A DNA stretch of 63,467 nucleotides, filler included, from Octopus bimaculoides (taxonomy: Eukaryota), in assembly GCF_001194135.2 (NCBI RefSeq). It is 5 parts of 5 records of this genome, joined end to end, with 100 filler letters (N's around TTAATTAATTAA, not from the genome) between each part and the next. Parts side by side here need not be neighbours in the genome. Positions count along the whole stretch, not along the records: positions 1 to 23,583 come from NC_069000.1; 4 more parts are not named here. One strand, written 5' to 3'. Position numbers and translations under genes: made by a program. Below are positions 1 to 12,790 of the stretch, piece by piece. A model generated the notes under the pieces. It saw nothing but the letters and a program-made list of their open reading frames with translations. It did no database searches and had not been told where the DNA came from. Each line of letters starts with the position of its first letter. Positions within the stretch are counted from its first letter, which is position 1.

Positions 1-47
<47 letters not shown>

Positions 48-48
48 G
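1..48. repeat. (AG)n microsatellite
   Basis: Near-perfect AG dinucleotide run at the window start. Confidence 0.95.
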
Positions 49-335
49 ATACATATACACATACACACATTCATGCATATATATCTATATACACATACAT
101 GTACTTATATACTCATATATATTCATATAAACACGTCTACACACAAACACATATGTGTGTATGTGTGTGTATGTGTGTGCGTGTGTGTGTGTGTATGGGA
201 AAGCTTCCTGTGACCGAATGACGAAGAAAAATTGACAAGTTGAATGACAGGTGATGGACAGGTGATGGACAGGTGCGATAAAAATGAGTATAGAGATATA
301 TTCAGGTGGGATTGGTGAAATGTAAAGTAGCTGAA

Positions 336-415
336 AATATCATAGACATTACAATCATATTAATATCATAGATATTACAATCATATTAATATCATAGATA
401 TTACAATTGTATTAA
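336..415. repeat. 26-bp minisatellite, ~3 copies
   Basis: Unit aatatcataga(c/t)attacaatcatatt repeated in tandem. Confidence 0.8.
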
Positions 416-788
416 CTAGAATTGAAGGAAATATATATTGAAATATAAATACGATACTTTTATCAGCTTGGTGAAAGAACGTCTAATCCGAATGCATGAT
501 GTAAATAGTTGAATACATTATTACAGACAAGTTAAATAAGCAAAACGCTAAATGTGTACTTTCAATGTTGATGGTAAAAAGACCTTGATACATAAAATAT
601 AATGAATGAATAAACTTACAAAATATTTTAAAGTGATGCTGAGTTTAAAAGAAAAAAAAATGTTACAGATTAACTCTTTACCTACCATGTCCACTGTGCG
701 CTGTGTCTTCTTTTGTAGCATCGGTCAAATTTTGTTATAAAGTATGTTTTATCTTTGTATCTAGTTTGCAAAACAATCGTATATTTGT

Positions 789-1544
789 CGGAGGTAAAGG
801 ATATGGACCTCACCCCCATTCGGTAATTTNNNNNNNNNNNNNNNNNNNNNNNNNNNNNNNNNNNNNNNNNNNNNNNNNNNNNNNNNNNNNNNNNNNNNNN
901 NNNNNNNNNNNNNNNNNNNNNNNNNNNNNNNNNNNNNNNNNNNNNNNNNNNNNNNNNNNNNNNNNNNNNNNNNNNNNNNNNNNNNNNNNNNNNNNNNNNN
1001 NNNNNNNNNNNNNNNNNNNNNNNNNNNNNNNNNNNNNNNNNNNNNNNNNNNNNNNNNNNNNNNNNNNNNNNNNNNNNNNNNNNNNNNNNNNNNNNNNNNN
1101 NNNNNNNNNNNNNNNNNNNNNNNNNNNNNNNNNNNNNNNNNNNNNNNNNNNNNNNNNNNNNNNNNNNNNNNNNNNNNNNNNNNNNNNNNNNNNNNNNNNN
1201 NNNNNNNNNNNNNNNNNNNNNNNNNNNNNNNNNNNNNNNNNNNNNNNNNNNNNNNNNNNNNNNNNNNNNNNNNNNNNNNNNNNNNNNNNNNNNNNNNNNN
1301 NNNNNNNNNNNNNNNNNNNNNNNNNNNNNNNNNNNNNNNNNNNNNNNNNNNNNNNNNNNNNNAACCGCAGATCCACTTTCTAAATACGAATTACCAAAAA
1401 AGAAAAAAATTTTGAAGTTATTTTGAAATGCTGATTTTTTTTTTTGCAGATTCGAAATCTCCGCAGTCGAAAAAGTGGGCTTCTGTAGTAAAAAACAACA
1501 ACAAAAAAAACCGAAAGGAGTGCGGTCCATGTCCTTTACCTCCG
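789..1544. mobile_element. Unclassified TIR element (MITE-like), interior mostly gap
   Basis: cggaggtaaaggatatggacctcac at 789 is the reverse complement of gtgcggtccatgtcctttacctccg ending at 1544, with 2 mismatches. No coding sequence is visible. Confidence 0.6.
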
Positions 1545-1603
1545 CTGGATATTTAATAAATGAGTTGAATTGAACCAGCGCGTGTTAATTATATTGACAT
1601 AAT

Positions 1604-2009
1604 CTTTTCTACTCTAGGCACAAGGCCCGAAATTTGGGGGGAGGGGGCCAATCGATTAGATCGACTCCAGCACTTAATTTATCGACCCCGGAATGTGAAA
1701 GGCAAAATCGACCTTTGCGGAATTTGAACTCAGACGAAATACCGCTAAGCATTTCGCCCGGCGTGGTAACGTTTCTTATTTCTTTATTGCCCACAAGGGG
1801 CTAAACATAGAGGGGACAAACATGGACAGACAAAGGGATTAAGTCGATTAGACCGACCCCAGTGCGTAACTGGTACTTAATTTATCGACCCCAAAAGTAT
1901 GAAAGGCAAAGTCGACCTCAGCGGAATTTGAACTCAGAACGTAACGGCAAACGAAATACCGCTAAGCATTTCGCCTGGCGTGCTAACGTTTCTGCCTGCT
2001 TGCCGCCTT
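1604..2009 (-). mobile_element. SINE family B dimer (tRNA head plus Meta-like gcctttcatcctttcggggtcgataaa domain)
   Basis: Two head-to-tail units on the minus strand, flanked by a perfect 14-bp TSD tatattgacataat (1590-1603 and 2010-2023). Confidence 0.9.
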
Positions 2010-2074
2010 TATATTGACATAATGCCGCACCCTAGACACAATAAAAATATGTTTTATCTTAATACTTTACCTAT

Positions 2075-2266
2075 AGTATGGCTGTGTGGCTAATAGTTTG
2101 CTTCCCAACCAGAAGGTTCTCAATAAATCCCACCACGTTGCACCTGAAGCGAGCGCCTTGAAAGAAGACTGTCATATATATATATGTGTGTGTGTGCGTG
2201 TACCTATCACACCCACACCGTTTGACAACCGGTACTGGTGTCTTTACGTCCCCATAAATTGGTGGC

Positions 2267-2270
<4 letters not shown>
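2075..2270 (+). mobile_element. SINE family A, degenerate and internally deleted
   Basis: ggctgtgtggctaatagtttgcttcccaacc head and ttgacaaccggtactggtgtctttacgtcccc body match the copy at 7188. Confidence 0.65.
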
Positions 2271-2307
<37 letters not shown>

Positions 2308-2324
2308 GTAGTATATTGCCACTT

Positions 2325-2445
2325 AAGTGTGGCTGACCCCTAGGGGTGGATGTTACTGTTGCTTTTAGCCCCAGGAGGACATCTCCTCCAGCTGGCTTAT
2401 CGACACACTACTGTGTCCTGTTTGCCAAGGGAAGTTATCCCTCCC
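2325..2445 (+). mobile_element. Interspersed repeat fragment (probable LINE 5' region)
   Basis: Homologous to the minus-strand copy at 55865-55955 (shared tactgtt..ttttagccccagga...ctccagctggct...cacac...ctgtgtcct). The LINE assignment is inference. Confidence 0.5.
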
Positions 2446-3392
2446 NNNNNNNNNNNNNNNNNNNNNNNNNNNNNNNNNNNNNNNNNNNNNNNNNNNNNNN
2501 NNNNNNNNNNNNNNNNNNNNNNNNNNNNNNNNNNNNNNNNNNNNNNNNNNNNNNNNNNNNNNNNNNNNNNNNNNNNNNNNNNNNNNNNNNNNNNNNNNNN
2601 NNNNNNNNNNNNNNNNNNNNNNNNNNNNNNNNNNNNNNNNNNNNNNNNNNNNNNNNNNNNNNNNNNNNNNNNNNNNNNNNNNNNNNNNNNNNNNNNNNNN
2701 NNNNNNNNNNNNNNNNNNNNNNNNNNNNNNNNNNNNNNNNNNNNNNNNNNNNNNNNNNNNNNNNNNNNNNNNNNNNNNNNNNNNNNNNNNNNNNNNNNNN
2801 NNNNNNNNNNNNNNNNNNNNNNNNNNNNNNNNNNNNNNNNNNNNNNNNNNNNNNNNNNNNNNNNNNNNNNNNNNNNNNNNNNNNNNNNNNNNNNNNNNNN
2901 NNNNNNNNNNNNNNNNNNNNNNNNNNNNNNNNNNNNNNNNNNNNNNNNNNNNNNNNNNNNNNNNNNNNNNNNNNNNNNNNNNNNNNNNNNNNNNNNNNNN
3001 NNNNNNNNNNNNNNNNNNNNNNNNNNNNNNNNNNNNNNNNNNNNNNNNNNNNNNNNNNNNNNNNNNNNNNNNNNNNNNNNNNNNNNNNNNNNNNNNNNNN
3101 NNNNNNNNNNNNNNNNNNNNNNNNNNNNNNNNNNNNNNNNNNNNNNNNNNNNNNNNNNNNNNNNNNNNNNNNNNNNNNNNNNNNNNNNNNNNNNNNNNNN
3201 NNNNNNNNNNNNNNNNNNNNNNNNNNNNNNNNNNNNNNNNNNNNNNNNNNNNNNNNNNNNNNNNNNNNNNNNNNNNNNNNNNNNNNNNNNNNNNNNNNNN
3301 NNNNNNNNNNNNNNNNNNNNNNNNNNNNNNNNNNNNNNNNNNNNNNNNNNNNNNNNNNNNNNNNNNNNNTGTGTGTGTGTGTGTGTGTGTGT

Positions 3393-3615
3393 ATTCTTTT
3401 CTTCTTTTACTTGTTTCACTCATTTGATTGCAGCCATGCCGGACCAAAACCTTACAGGGTATTTTAGTTGAAGAAATCAATCCCAAGACTTATTCTTTGT
3501 AAGCCTAGTACTTATTCTATCGATCTATTTTGCCGAACCGCTAACTTACGAGGACATAAAAACACCAACATCAGTTGACAAGCGATGCTGGAGAGATAAA
3601 CACTGACACATACAC
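3393..3615 (-). mobile_element. SINE family A, 3' half
   Basis: aagacttattctttgtaagcctagtacttattctatcg...ttttgccgaaccgctaa matches the reverse complement of 7440-7560. Confidence 0.85.
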
Positions 3616-3949
3616 ATAAATATATACATATGTATGTAGTTATGGTATATTTTGTTAAGAACATAGTAGAGTACTGTATAAAGCTCGTTCAGATTTCACT
3701 CTTTGCTATCCAGTATTATACGTACTTCCAGGTTTGCGTTTGGGTATCTGTCGTGTGTAAATAGATAATTGAAAAAAATTGGAGTCAACACCGTATTCCA
3801 TCTTGTTGACTCTAATTTTTTTCAATTACGTATATGTGTACATATATTCAATGACATATATTACATATACGACGGGATTTTATACGAGGCTATAGTAGTA
3901 GACAGTTACCCAAGGTGCCATTCATAGACCATTCATATAGATAGCCAGA

Positions 3950-3954
3950 CAGAC

Positions 3955-4022
<68 letters not shown>
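3950..4022. repeat. (AGAT)n microsatellite
   Basis: Tetranucleotide run. Confidence 0.95.
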
Positions 4023-4023
<1 letters not shown>

Positions 4024-4057
4024 CATGCATATCTACATATACATGTTCTTTTATTCT

Positions 4058-4440
4058 TTTATTTGTTTTGTTTCGGTCATTTGACTGCGACCATGCTGGA
4101 GCGCCACCTTAAAAGGTTCTAGTCGAAGAAATCGCCCCCAGAACTTGTTCTGTGTAAGCCTAGCACTTATTCTATCGTTGTCTTTTGCCGAACCGCTTGG
4201 TTACCGGGACATAAACATACCTGCATTGTTTGACAAACGGCGACAGGACCCAAACACAAACACACATACATGTATACGATAGGCTACTTTCAGTTTCTCT
4301 CTACTAAATCCATTCACATTGCTTTGGTCGGCCCGAAGCAATAGTAGAAGACACTTGCCCAAGGTGCCACGTAGTGGAACTGAACTGGGAACTATGTGGT
4401 TGTGAAGCAAGCCTCTTATTACACAACCACGCCTGCTCCT
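4058..4440 (-). mobile_element. SINE family A, near full length (tRNA head, CORE-like ccttgggcaagtgtctt domain)
   Basis: Complete head-body-tail match to the 7188 and 47132 copies. Confidence 0.9.
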
Positions 4441-4892
4441 GTGTGNNNNNNNNNNNNNNNNNNNNNNNNNNNNNNNNNNNNNNNNNNNNNNNNNNNNNNN
4501 NNNNNNNNNNNNNNNNNNNNNNNNNNNNNNNNNNNNNNNNNNNNNTATATATATATATATGCATATATGTGTTATACATACATACATATATATGCATATA
4601 TGTGTTATACATACATACATATATACACGCACAATTGATTACATGTACAAATATAGCACATATACACATACACAAACATATGTATGTACATAAAAAGATA
4701 GATGGATAGATTAATAGATGTGTATAGATAGATAGATAAAGATGCGTTCATAGAATGAGTATATGTATGTATATACATACATACATACTAAATACACGTA
4801 TATATGCATACAAATACACATATCTTTATGTATATAAAAAGTCTAGATATATGTGTGTGTGTACTAAATGTTACATATATATATGTAGAACA

Positions 4893-4957
<65 letters not shown>

Positions 4958-4976
4958 AAAGATATACATATGTAAA

Positions 4977-5014
<38 letters not shown>

Positions 5015-5646
5015 TAGAAAATGTATATATTAATATATCTATGTATATGTAATATACATATATCTGTATATATATATTTTGTGTGTATATATATATATAC
5101 GTACAAATACATATATACATATGCTATTTACATATNNNNNNNNNNNNNNNNNNNNNNNNNNNNNNNNNNNNNNNNNNNNNNNNNNNNNNNNNNNNNNNNN
5201 NNNNNNNNNNNNNNNNNNNNNNNNNNNNNNNNNNNNNNNNNNNNNNNNNNNNNNNNNNNNNNNNNNNNNNNNNNNNNNNNNNNNNNNNNNNNNNNNNNNN
5301 NNNNNNNNNNNNNNNNNNNNNNNNNNNNNNNNNNNNNNNNNNNNNNNNNNNNNNNNNNNNNNNNNNNNNNNNNNNNNNNNNNNNNNNNNNNNNNNNNNNN
5401 NNNNNNNNNNNNNNNNNNNNNNNNNNNNNNNNNNNNNNNNNNNNNNNNNNNNNNNNNNNNNNNNNNNNNNNNNNNNNNNNNNNNNNNNNNNNNNNNNNNN
5501 NNNNNNNNNNNNNNNNNNNNNNNNNNNNNNNNNNNNNNNNNNNNNNNNNNNNNNNNNNNNNNNNNNNNNNNNNNNNNNNNNNNNNNNNNNNNNNNNNNNN
5601 NNNNNNNNNNNNNNNNNNNNNNNNNNNNNNNNNNNNNNNNNNNNNN

Positions 5647-5689
<43 letters not shown>

Positions 5690-5690
<1 letters not shown>

Positions 5691-5850
5691 CGATAGGCTT
5701 CTTTCAGTTTCCGTCTACCAAATTCACTCACAAGATTTTGGTCGCCCCGAGGCTATAGTAGAAGACACTTGCCCAAGATGTCACGCAGTGGGACTGAACT
5801 CCGCACCATATGGTAGGGAAGCCAGGTTCTTACCACGCAGTCACTCATGT
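5690..5850 (-). mobile_element. SINE family A, 5' half
   Basis: ggcttctttcagtttccgtctaccaaattcactcacaag...gaagacacttgcccaag motif. Confidence 0.85.
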
Positions 5851-6061
5851 ACATATATTAATACAAAGTCCTTATTGCTATATATATATATATATATAAA
5901 TATGTACTGGGTGTTTCATGTAGCCTTGTTTGTATTCGTGGTCGTTTACCAATCTAATTTCTTTTGCTCCCCAGTATCTCCACTTGTCTATAAATGTGTT
6001 TCATTTTTTCGGAAAGAGCACGTAAGTGCCAGTAGATACTTGTGCGTGCGCGCCTATGTAT

Positions 6062-6141
<80 letters not shown>

Positions 6142-6389
6142 CATATATATTTGTATATACATATATATATATACACCCATACGTATATATACATATATAT
6201 ATTTGCGTATACACACATATATATATATATACAGATATATATATATACTCACATATACACACACACATACACATATACATCTGCATATACATACATACAT
6301 ATATATATATATATATGTGTGTGTGTGAGCATAAGTGCGCAGGTCGACAACATTTGCAAATATATGAAAACATGTTCATTAATGGTAAC

Positions 6390-6545
6390 TAAATATGTAG
6401 TTGTTTTGTGTTTGCTCCCGCCACCAACACCATCACCGGTGTCAGTGTGTTTACGTCCACGTCAGGGTTAAACACTAAGGACCGATAAAATAAGTACCAG
6501 TGTTAAAAAGAAAAGTTGTGGGGTTGATTCGATCCACTAAAATTC
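6390..6545 (+). mobile_element. SINE family A, 3' fragment
   Basis: gtgtgtttacgtcc...gaccgataaaataagtaccag matches the family body. Confidence 0.6.
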
Positions 6546-6589
6546 TTTTTTCATATAAATTATATACATATAAATTATATACATATAAA

Positions 6590-6648
6590 TTAGATAGATA
6601 GATAGATAGATAGATAGATGGATGGATGGATGGATGGATGGATGAATG

Positions 6649-6697
<49 letters not shown>

Positions 6698-6698
6698 G

Positions 6699-6742
<44 letters not shown>
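6590..6742. repeat. Compound (GATA)n/(GGAT)n microsatellite
   Basis: Direct reading of the sequence. Confidence 0.95.
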
Positions 6743-7187
6743 CATGTAGGAATGTAGCTAGGTGGGTAGGTAGATATGTTGATATGTTGGTAGATCGGTA
6801 AGTAAGTATTGAGAGGGAGGAATGGGGTTTGGGAGGGAAGTAAAAAATTATGTAGGTAGGTAAGTACATAGATAGCCATCAAGAACTTGTCTGAGTAGCG
6901 AGAGATTCAGTGTAGGAACTTTTGTTTTTGCCCCGCTCATACCTTAAGGTCAACATTAATTCCGTCGGAATCGGTGAGCAAAAGTGCCAACGATAGTCGA
7001 AGAATGACCATAAAGCCATGGCGTTTGTCGCGTTGTGTAGAAGTATTTGATTAAGTAGCCGTATAAGCAGATGTACAGATGCAGGAGTGACGATGGCTTA
7101 ATTGGCCGAATATTAGAAAATATTGTCAATAACATTTTTGTTTTAGAAAAATAAAGTTTGTACATTACAAAAGTATACAGTAACACA

Positions 7188-7564
7188 GGCGTAGGAGTGG
7201 CTGTGTGGTAAGCAGCTTACTTACCAACCACATGGTTCCGGGTTCATTCCCACTGCGTGGCACCTTGAGCAAGTGTCTTCTACTATAGCATCGGGCCGAC
7301 CAAAGCCTTGTGAGTGAATTTGGTAGACGGAAACTGAAAGAAGCCTGTCGTATATATGTATATATATATGTATGTGTGTGTGCATGTGTCTGTGTTTGTC
7401 CCTCCAACATCGCTTGACAACCGATGGTGGTGTGTTTACGTCCCCGTAACTTAGCGGTTCGGCAAAAGAGACCAATAGAATAAGTACTAGGCTTACAAAG
7501 AATAAGTCCTCGACTAAAGGCGGTGCTCCAGCATGGCCGCAGTCAAATGACTGAAACAAGTAAA
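7188..7564 (+). mobile_element. SINE family A, near full length (reference copy)
   Basis: tRNA-like head with A-box-like tggctgtgtgg and B-box-like ggttcattccc, then ccttgagcaagtgtctt, an internal microsatellite, and a tail cagcatggccgcagtcaaatgactgaaacaagtaaa that runs into a gap. Confidence 0.9.
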
Positions 7565-8341
7565 NNNNNNNNNNNNNNNNNNNNNNNNNNNNNNNNNNNN
7601 NNNNNNNNNNNNNNNNNNNNNNNNNNNNNNNNNNNNNNNNNNNNNNNNNNNNNNNNNNNNNNNNNNNNNNNNNNNNNNNNNNNNNNNNNNNNNNNNNNNN
7701 NNNNNNNNNNNNNNNNNNNNNNNNNNNNNNNNNNNNNNNNNNNNNNNNNNNNNNNNNNNNNNNNNNNNNNNNNNNNNNNNNNNNNNNNNNNNNNNNNNNN
7801 NNNNNNNNNNNNNNNNNNNNNNNNNNNNNNNNNNNNNNNNNNNNNNNNNNNNNNNNNNNNNNNNNNNNNNNNNNNNNNNNNNNNNNNNNNNNNNNNNNNN
7901 NNNNNNNNNNNNNNNNNNNNNNNNNNNNNNNNNNNNNNNNNNNNNNNNNNNNNNNNNNNNNNNNNNNNNNNNNNNNNNNNNNNNNNNNNNNNNNNNNNNN
8001 NNNNNNNNNNNNNNNNNNNNNNNNNNNNNNNNNNNNNNNNNNNNNNNNNNNNNNNNNNNNNNNNNNNNNNNNNNNNNNNNNNNNNNNNNNNNNNNNNNNN
8101 NNNNNNNNNNNNNNNNNNNNNNNNNNNNNNNNNNNNNNNNNNNNNNNNNNNNNNNNNNNNNNNNNNNNNNNNNNNNNNNNNNNNNNNNNNNNNNNNNNNN
8201 NNNNNNNNNNNNNNNCACATGCGTTTCCATAAAATTCTACGCACACATAAATGTAATGTATATATGTATGTACACATATATAAGTGACTACATACATATT
8301 TACATATACACATGCATATATGTATATAGATATATACGTAT

Positions 8342-8378
<37 letters not shown>

Positions 8379-8443
8379 CATATGTATATAAACATACAAA
8401 TAGATTCGTATATGCATTTGTATAAGTATGTTTATATACATAC

Positions 8444-8556
<113 letters not shown>

Positions 8557-9071
8557 ACACCCGCCACACACATATTTATACATATTCTTTTTATGTATAA
8601 ATATATGTAGACATGTTTATTTGTATCTATACTTATACATACCTGTGTTTATATGCGTATATATACACACTCAAACATGTATATTTATATACATGTGTAT
8701 ATGCACACATCTGAATACGCATATTTATATCTATTATTATGAGTTTTTATCAGTGTGTGTATGTGTGTGTGTGAGTTTGTGTGTATGTGTGTGTGTGAGT
8801 TTGTGTGTATGTGTGTGTGTGAGTTTGTGTGTATGTAGGTTTTTCGATAGGTAGGTAGGTAGGGATGTAGGTAGTAGGTAGACAAACAAAGGTAGGCTTC
8901 AGACGTATTTACATGTACCGCAAAATATGGATTACAGAAGGGAATAAGCAAATAAGTGAACTGGAGAATTATGTGTGAAGTTTTCTGTTGACAGCTGTTA
9001 CGAAATGGTCATAATTTACAAAATAACCACACATACACACACACACACACATATATATCTTTTTTTTTTAT

Positions 9072-9261
9072 TTTCTGTTTGGTACTTGTTTCAGTTATTA
9101 GACTGTGGTCATGCTGGGGCCCCGCCTTGAACAATCGTTTTTCAGTCCAATGAATAGACCCCAGTACTTATTTAGCTTTAAGCATGGTATTCTATAATAC
9201 ACTTTTGCCAAACCGCTACGTTACGGGACGTAAACTCACCAACACCGGTTGTCAAGCGGTA
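9072..9261 (-). mobile_element. SINE family A, 3' half
   Basis: acttgtttcag...catgctggggc...ttttgccaaaccgctacgttacgggacgtaaac. Confidence 0.8.
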
Positions 9262-9811
9262 NNNNNNNNNNNNNNNNNNNNNNNNNNNNNNNNNNNNNNN
9301 NNNNNNNNNNNNNNNNNNNNNNNNNNNNNNNNNNNNNNNNNNNNNNNNNNNNNNNNNNNNNNNNNNNNNNNNNNNNNNNNNNNNNNNNNNNNNNNNNNNN
9401 NNNNNNNNNNNNNNNNNNNNNNNNNNNNNNNNNNNNNNNNNNNNNNNNNNNNNNNNNNNNNNNNNNNNNNNNNNNNNNNNNNNNNNNNNNNNNNNNNNNN
9501 NNNNNNNNNNNNNNNNNNNNNNNNNNNNNNNNNNNNNNNNNNNNNNNNNNNNNNNNNNNNNNNNNNNNNNNNNNNNNNNNNNNNNNNNNNNNNNNNNNNN
9601 NNNNNNNNNNNNNNNNNNNNNNNNNNNNNNNNNNNNNNNNNNNNNNNNNNNNNNNNNNNNNNNNNNNNNNNNNNNNNNNNNNNNNNNNNNNNNNNNNNNN
9701 NNNNNNNNNNNNNNNNNNNNNNNNNNNNNNNNNNNNNNNNNNNNNNNNNNNNNNNNNNNNNNNNNNNNNNNNNNNNNNNNNNNNNNNNNNNNNNNNNNNN
9801 NNNNNNNNNNN

Positions 9812-9846
<35 letters not shown>

Positions 9847-11016
9847 ACATACATACTCACATGTATGCACACTTACATACATGCATACGTTAATATATAC
9901 ATACTCATATACATAAATACATATATTTCTGTTGCACCTTTGTCTGCAGCCTTATTAACTGTATTATACATTAAAGGACAAAGCAACACTGGATGATCCA
10001 CAGTACGCGTTTATTCACTGACCTCAACTCACATTCATAAGCATTTGGGTATTGAACTTGTAGATTCATGGATTCTCTTGGGCCACTACCCTGTCAACCA
10101 GTTCTCAAGACGACCATGCTTTTGATTTCCATTACCATTTTATGCAAAACGTGTCCATGAATTTATCTAAACTAATAGCATACTTATTGCGTTGTCAGAT
10201 AAATTCGTTCGTTTATTTTCTTCTTTTTCTAATTTGCACTCTATCTTCCTATGTTTGAAAAGAGGCAAAAGCGCTTGAAACTTCAAAATCGATAAACAGA
10301 GATTGTAGAGGACAAAATAGAGCCCCAAAGGACCATAAAACGCAACGACAGAAATGTTTTTCGCGTTAATTCAGATAATATTAGAAAGGATTAAGATAAA
10401 TGAATAAAACGAACGAAGTTATTTTATCACAATACAAAAAAATACAACTTCTTACGTCAATCAACACTCTATTCTCATTCACCTTTGATTGCTCTGGTCT
10501 TTTCGGTCCATCTCGCCAGAAATTCACAAAGAAATTTGGAACTAGCCTTTCTATACACTTTTATGTTTGTGCCATAAGGTTGTGGTTCCCTAAATTGATA
10601 TATTACAGAACCTTTATGCGCTTTTCGAACATTCACAGAAATCATAGTATATTTTACGGTAGGAAAATTATTCATATGAAGCAATATAAGTCTGTAATGT
10701 CCGTGGAGATATTATTTGTTCAAAAACATAGACTTATTGAATTTTATTTTAAAAAAGCATCTTATTTCATGCGATCTCATGTGTTTTCAAGAAATCCTGA
10801 GATTTTCTGGAATTCATTTCGAGAAACATTACTTTATATTTTTCTTATATTCCGATATAAATTCATACCCACACATACACGCACTCGAGTTCATATTACA
10901 TGTACATTCACACACCATGCTTACAAATGCTCACACATTGAAACATATATCTATATATGCGTATATTCATAACAACTCATATACCCGTACAGAGACACAC
11001 ACAAAAAAAGAAAAAA

Positions 11017-11273
11017 GGTAATGTTACTTTCTCGAGTCATATCGACACATAAGGACCGGTTTCCCGGTTTCATGGCATATATATTCCCCACCTGTACGGG
11101 ACGCCGGTCCGTCGCAAGTTTACTCATTCTTGCCAGCTGAGGTGGGGGGGGGGTGGAGCAACGTGAAATGAAGTGTTTTCCCAAGAACACAACGCGCCGC
11201 CCGGTACAGAAATCGAAACCACAGTCTTACTATCATAAATCCAACACCTTAACCACTAAGCCACGCGCTTCCA
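11017..11273 (-). mobile_element. SINE family D (tRNA head plus V-like gcgacggaccggcgtcc segment)
   Basis: Reverse-complement homologue of 53004-53257 along its whole length. Confidence 0.85.
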
Positions 11274-12619
11274 CTACACAGACACCATACACAGGAATGG
11301 TTGATCACGACTGATCATGGGTTAAACAACAAAATCGTAGTACCAACCTTCTTTATTCACTCATACATATAAACAACCTATATATAGGATCTACGACACG
11401 GCCACTGAAACTACTAAAATAGCAGCCAAATGTTTCCTTAAATCATAATCTTCCATCTTCAAGACGAGAGCACATTGAACACTGCGGCTGTGGATGTAAA
11501 ATAATTGTCAAGGATGGAATGCATTTGTTCGTAGGTATGCTCGATTGTGGATATTTATACAACAGCACATCAGTCATACACATCATACACAACAGTCATA
11601 CACATCATATAGACACATATTCAAATGTATATACACCTACATAACCATGAATATATACACAAACAAGCTAGTATACTCCACCAAAGCAAACAGATCTATC
11701 TGATAATTAGACAAGTATTCATTCACTAATATATTACGACTACTCGCTTATGTCTTATATCCTTCTATCTTTTCTACTGTACACTTTCCACTTCACTGCT
11801 TAAATAAGTTATCATTAATCGTACGCTAGTTCTCATAATATATTCAACTCCCCTCATACCATTATCCATACAGTACTGGATATCCACCACACGCAGTTTT
11901 CATATTTTCCCTATTACTCGCTACTCCGATATTTTCATTATCTGTTTACAGCTATCAAATTGTATAATTTCAATTTGAATGTCTACCAAGAGTATGGCAT
12001 TCAAGTTGGGTGGATCTACAAAGATATAGGAGCTTAGATGTGATGGCGTGGAACGCTCTTCGAAGATTTACAAAGGCCTTGATGGGTTTTAGAATATTCT
12101 GGGAGGTCTATAAAGATTTAAATATATCTGAAAATTTCTAGAGAACCCACAAACTTTAGGAAGTTTTTTGAAAATGTCGGTGACGCTTACTGAGACATTT
12201 GGTGAGACCAGTACGAACCTAGAGGGCTTGCAAAGCCTCTGGGCTCGTTGCAATCGCTAACTTCATACGATGAGTTAATATTCGCACTTCAGTCAAAACA
12301 GAATAGGCAATAGTTTTAGTTATGTAGAACTACTTCTCTTTTCCAAATATTCAATATATGAAGCAAGTCTTCGGTTGAGGCATTGTTGTGCTTGTTCTGT
12401 GAAACAAGTGAAATTCTTTTGGAGATTAACAGTAGAGGTAGCGATCATTTTAGAAGGTAACATTGCTTCATCCCTTCACAATAATTGAGAACATATGGTC
12501 GTTCATTTCACCCGTTTATAGAAAGGTTGTAGTTGAAGTTTATATGTCCAACAGTATGTAGTACTGTTTGTCAAAATTAATGACAAGGATGAACAGTTGA
12601 ATTACAGGTACAGACCATC

Positions 12620-12790
12620 TGACGGGCTTCTATGTAGTTACCACTTTATTAACTTCTATATAGTTACCAAGTGTTCGTCGACCCAAAGCTGTCGGAAATA
12701 AACTTTACGCAAGGTACCACGTAGAGAGCTTGAACCGAGGATTCATGATTGGAAAGCAAACCTCTTCACCATGTAGTTTTGCTGCACCTA
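12620..12790 (-). mobile_element. SINE family A, old 5' half
   Basis: Degenerate gacgggcttct...cgacccaaagct...caaggtaccacgtag...gaacc. Confidence 0.55.

Noticed and set aside
10400-10972. 190-aa gap-free ORF
   Set aside because: No recognisable motif, composition typical of AT-rich non-coding DNA, runs into microsatellite, and has no convincing splice or start context.
11950-12510. Peptides IKLYNF..QVGWIYKDIG* and VKQVKF..VEVAII as upstream exons of the 51882 gene
   Set aside because: Only faint motif resemblance, in-frame stops, and a different linker-bounded segment.
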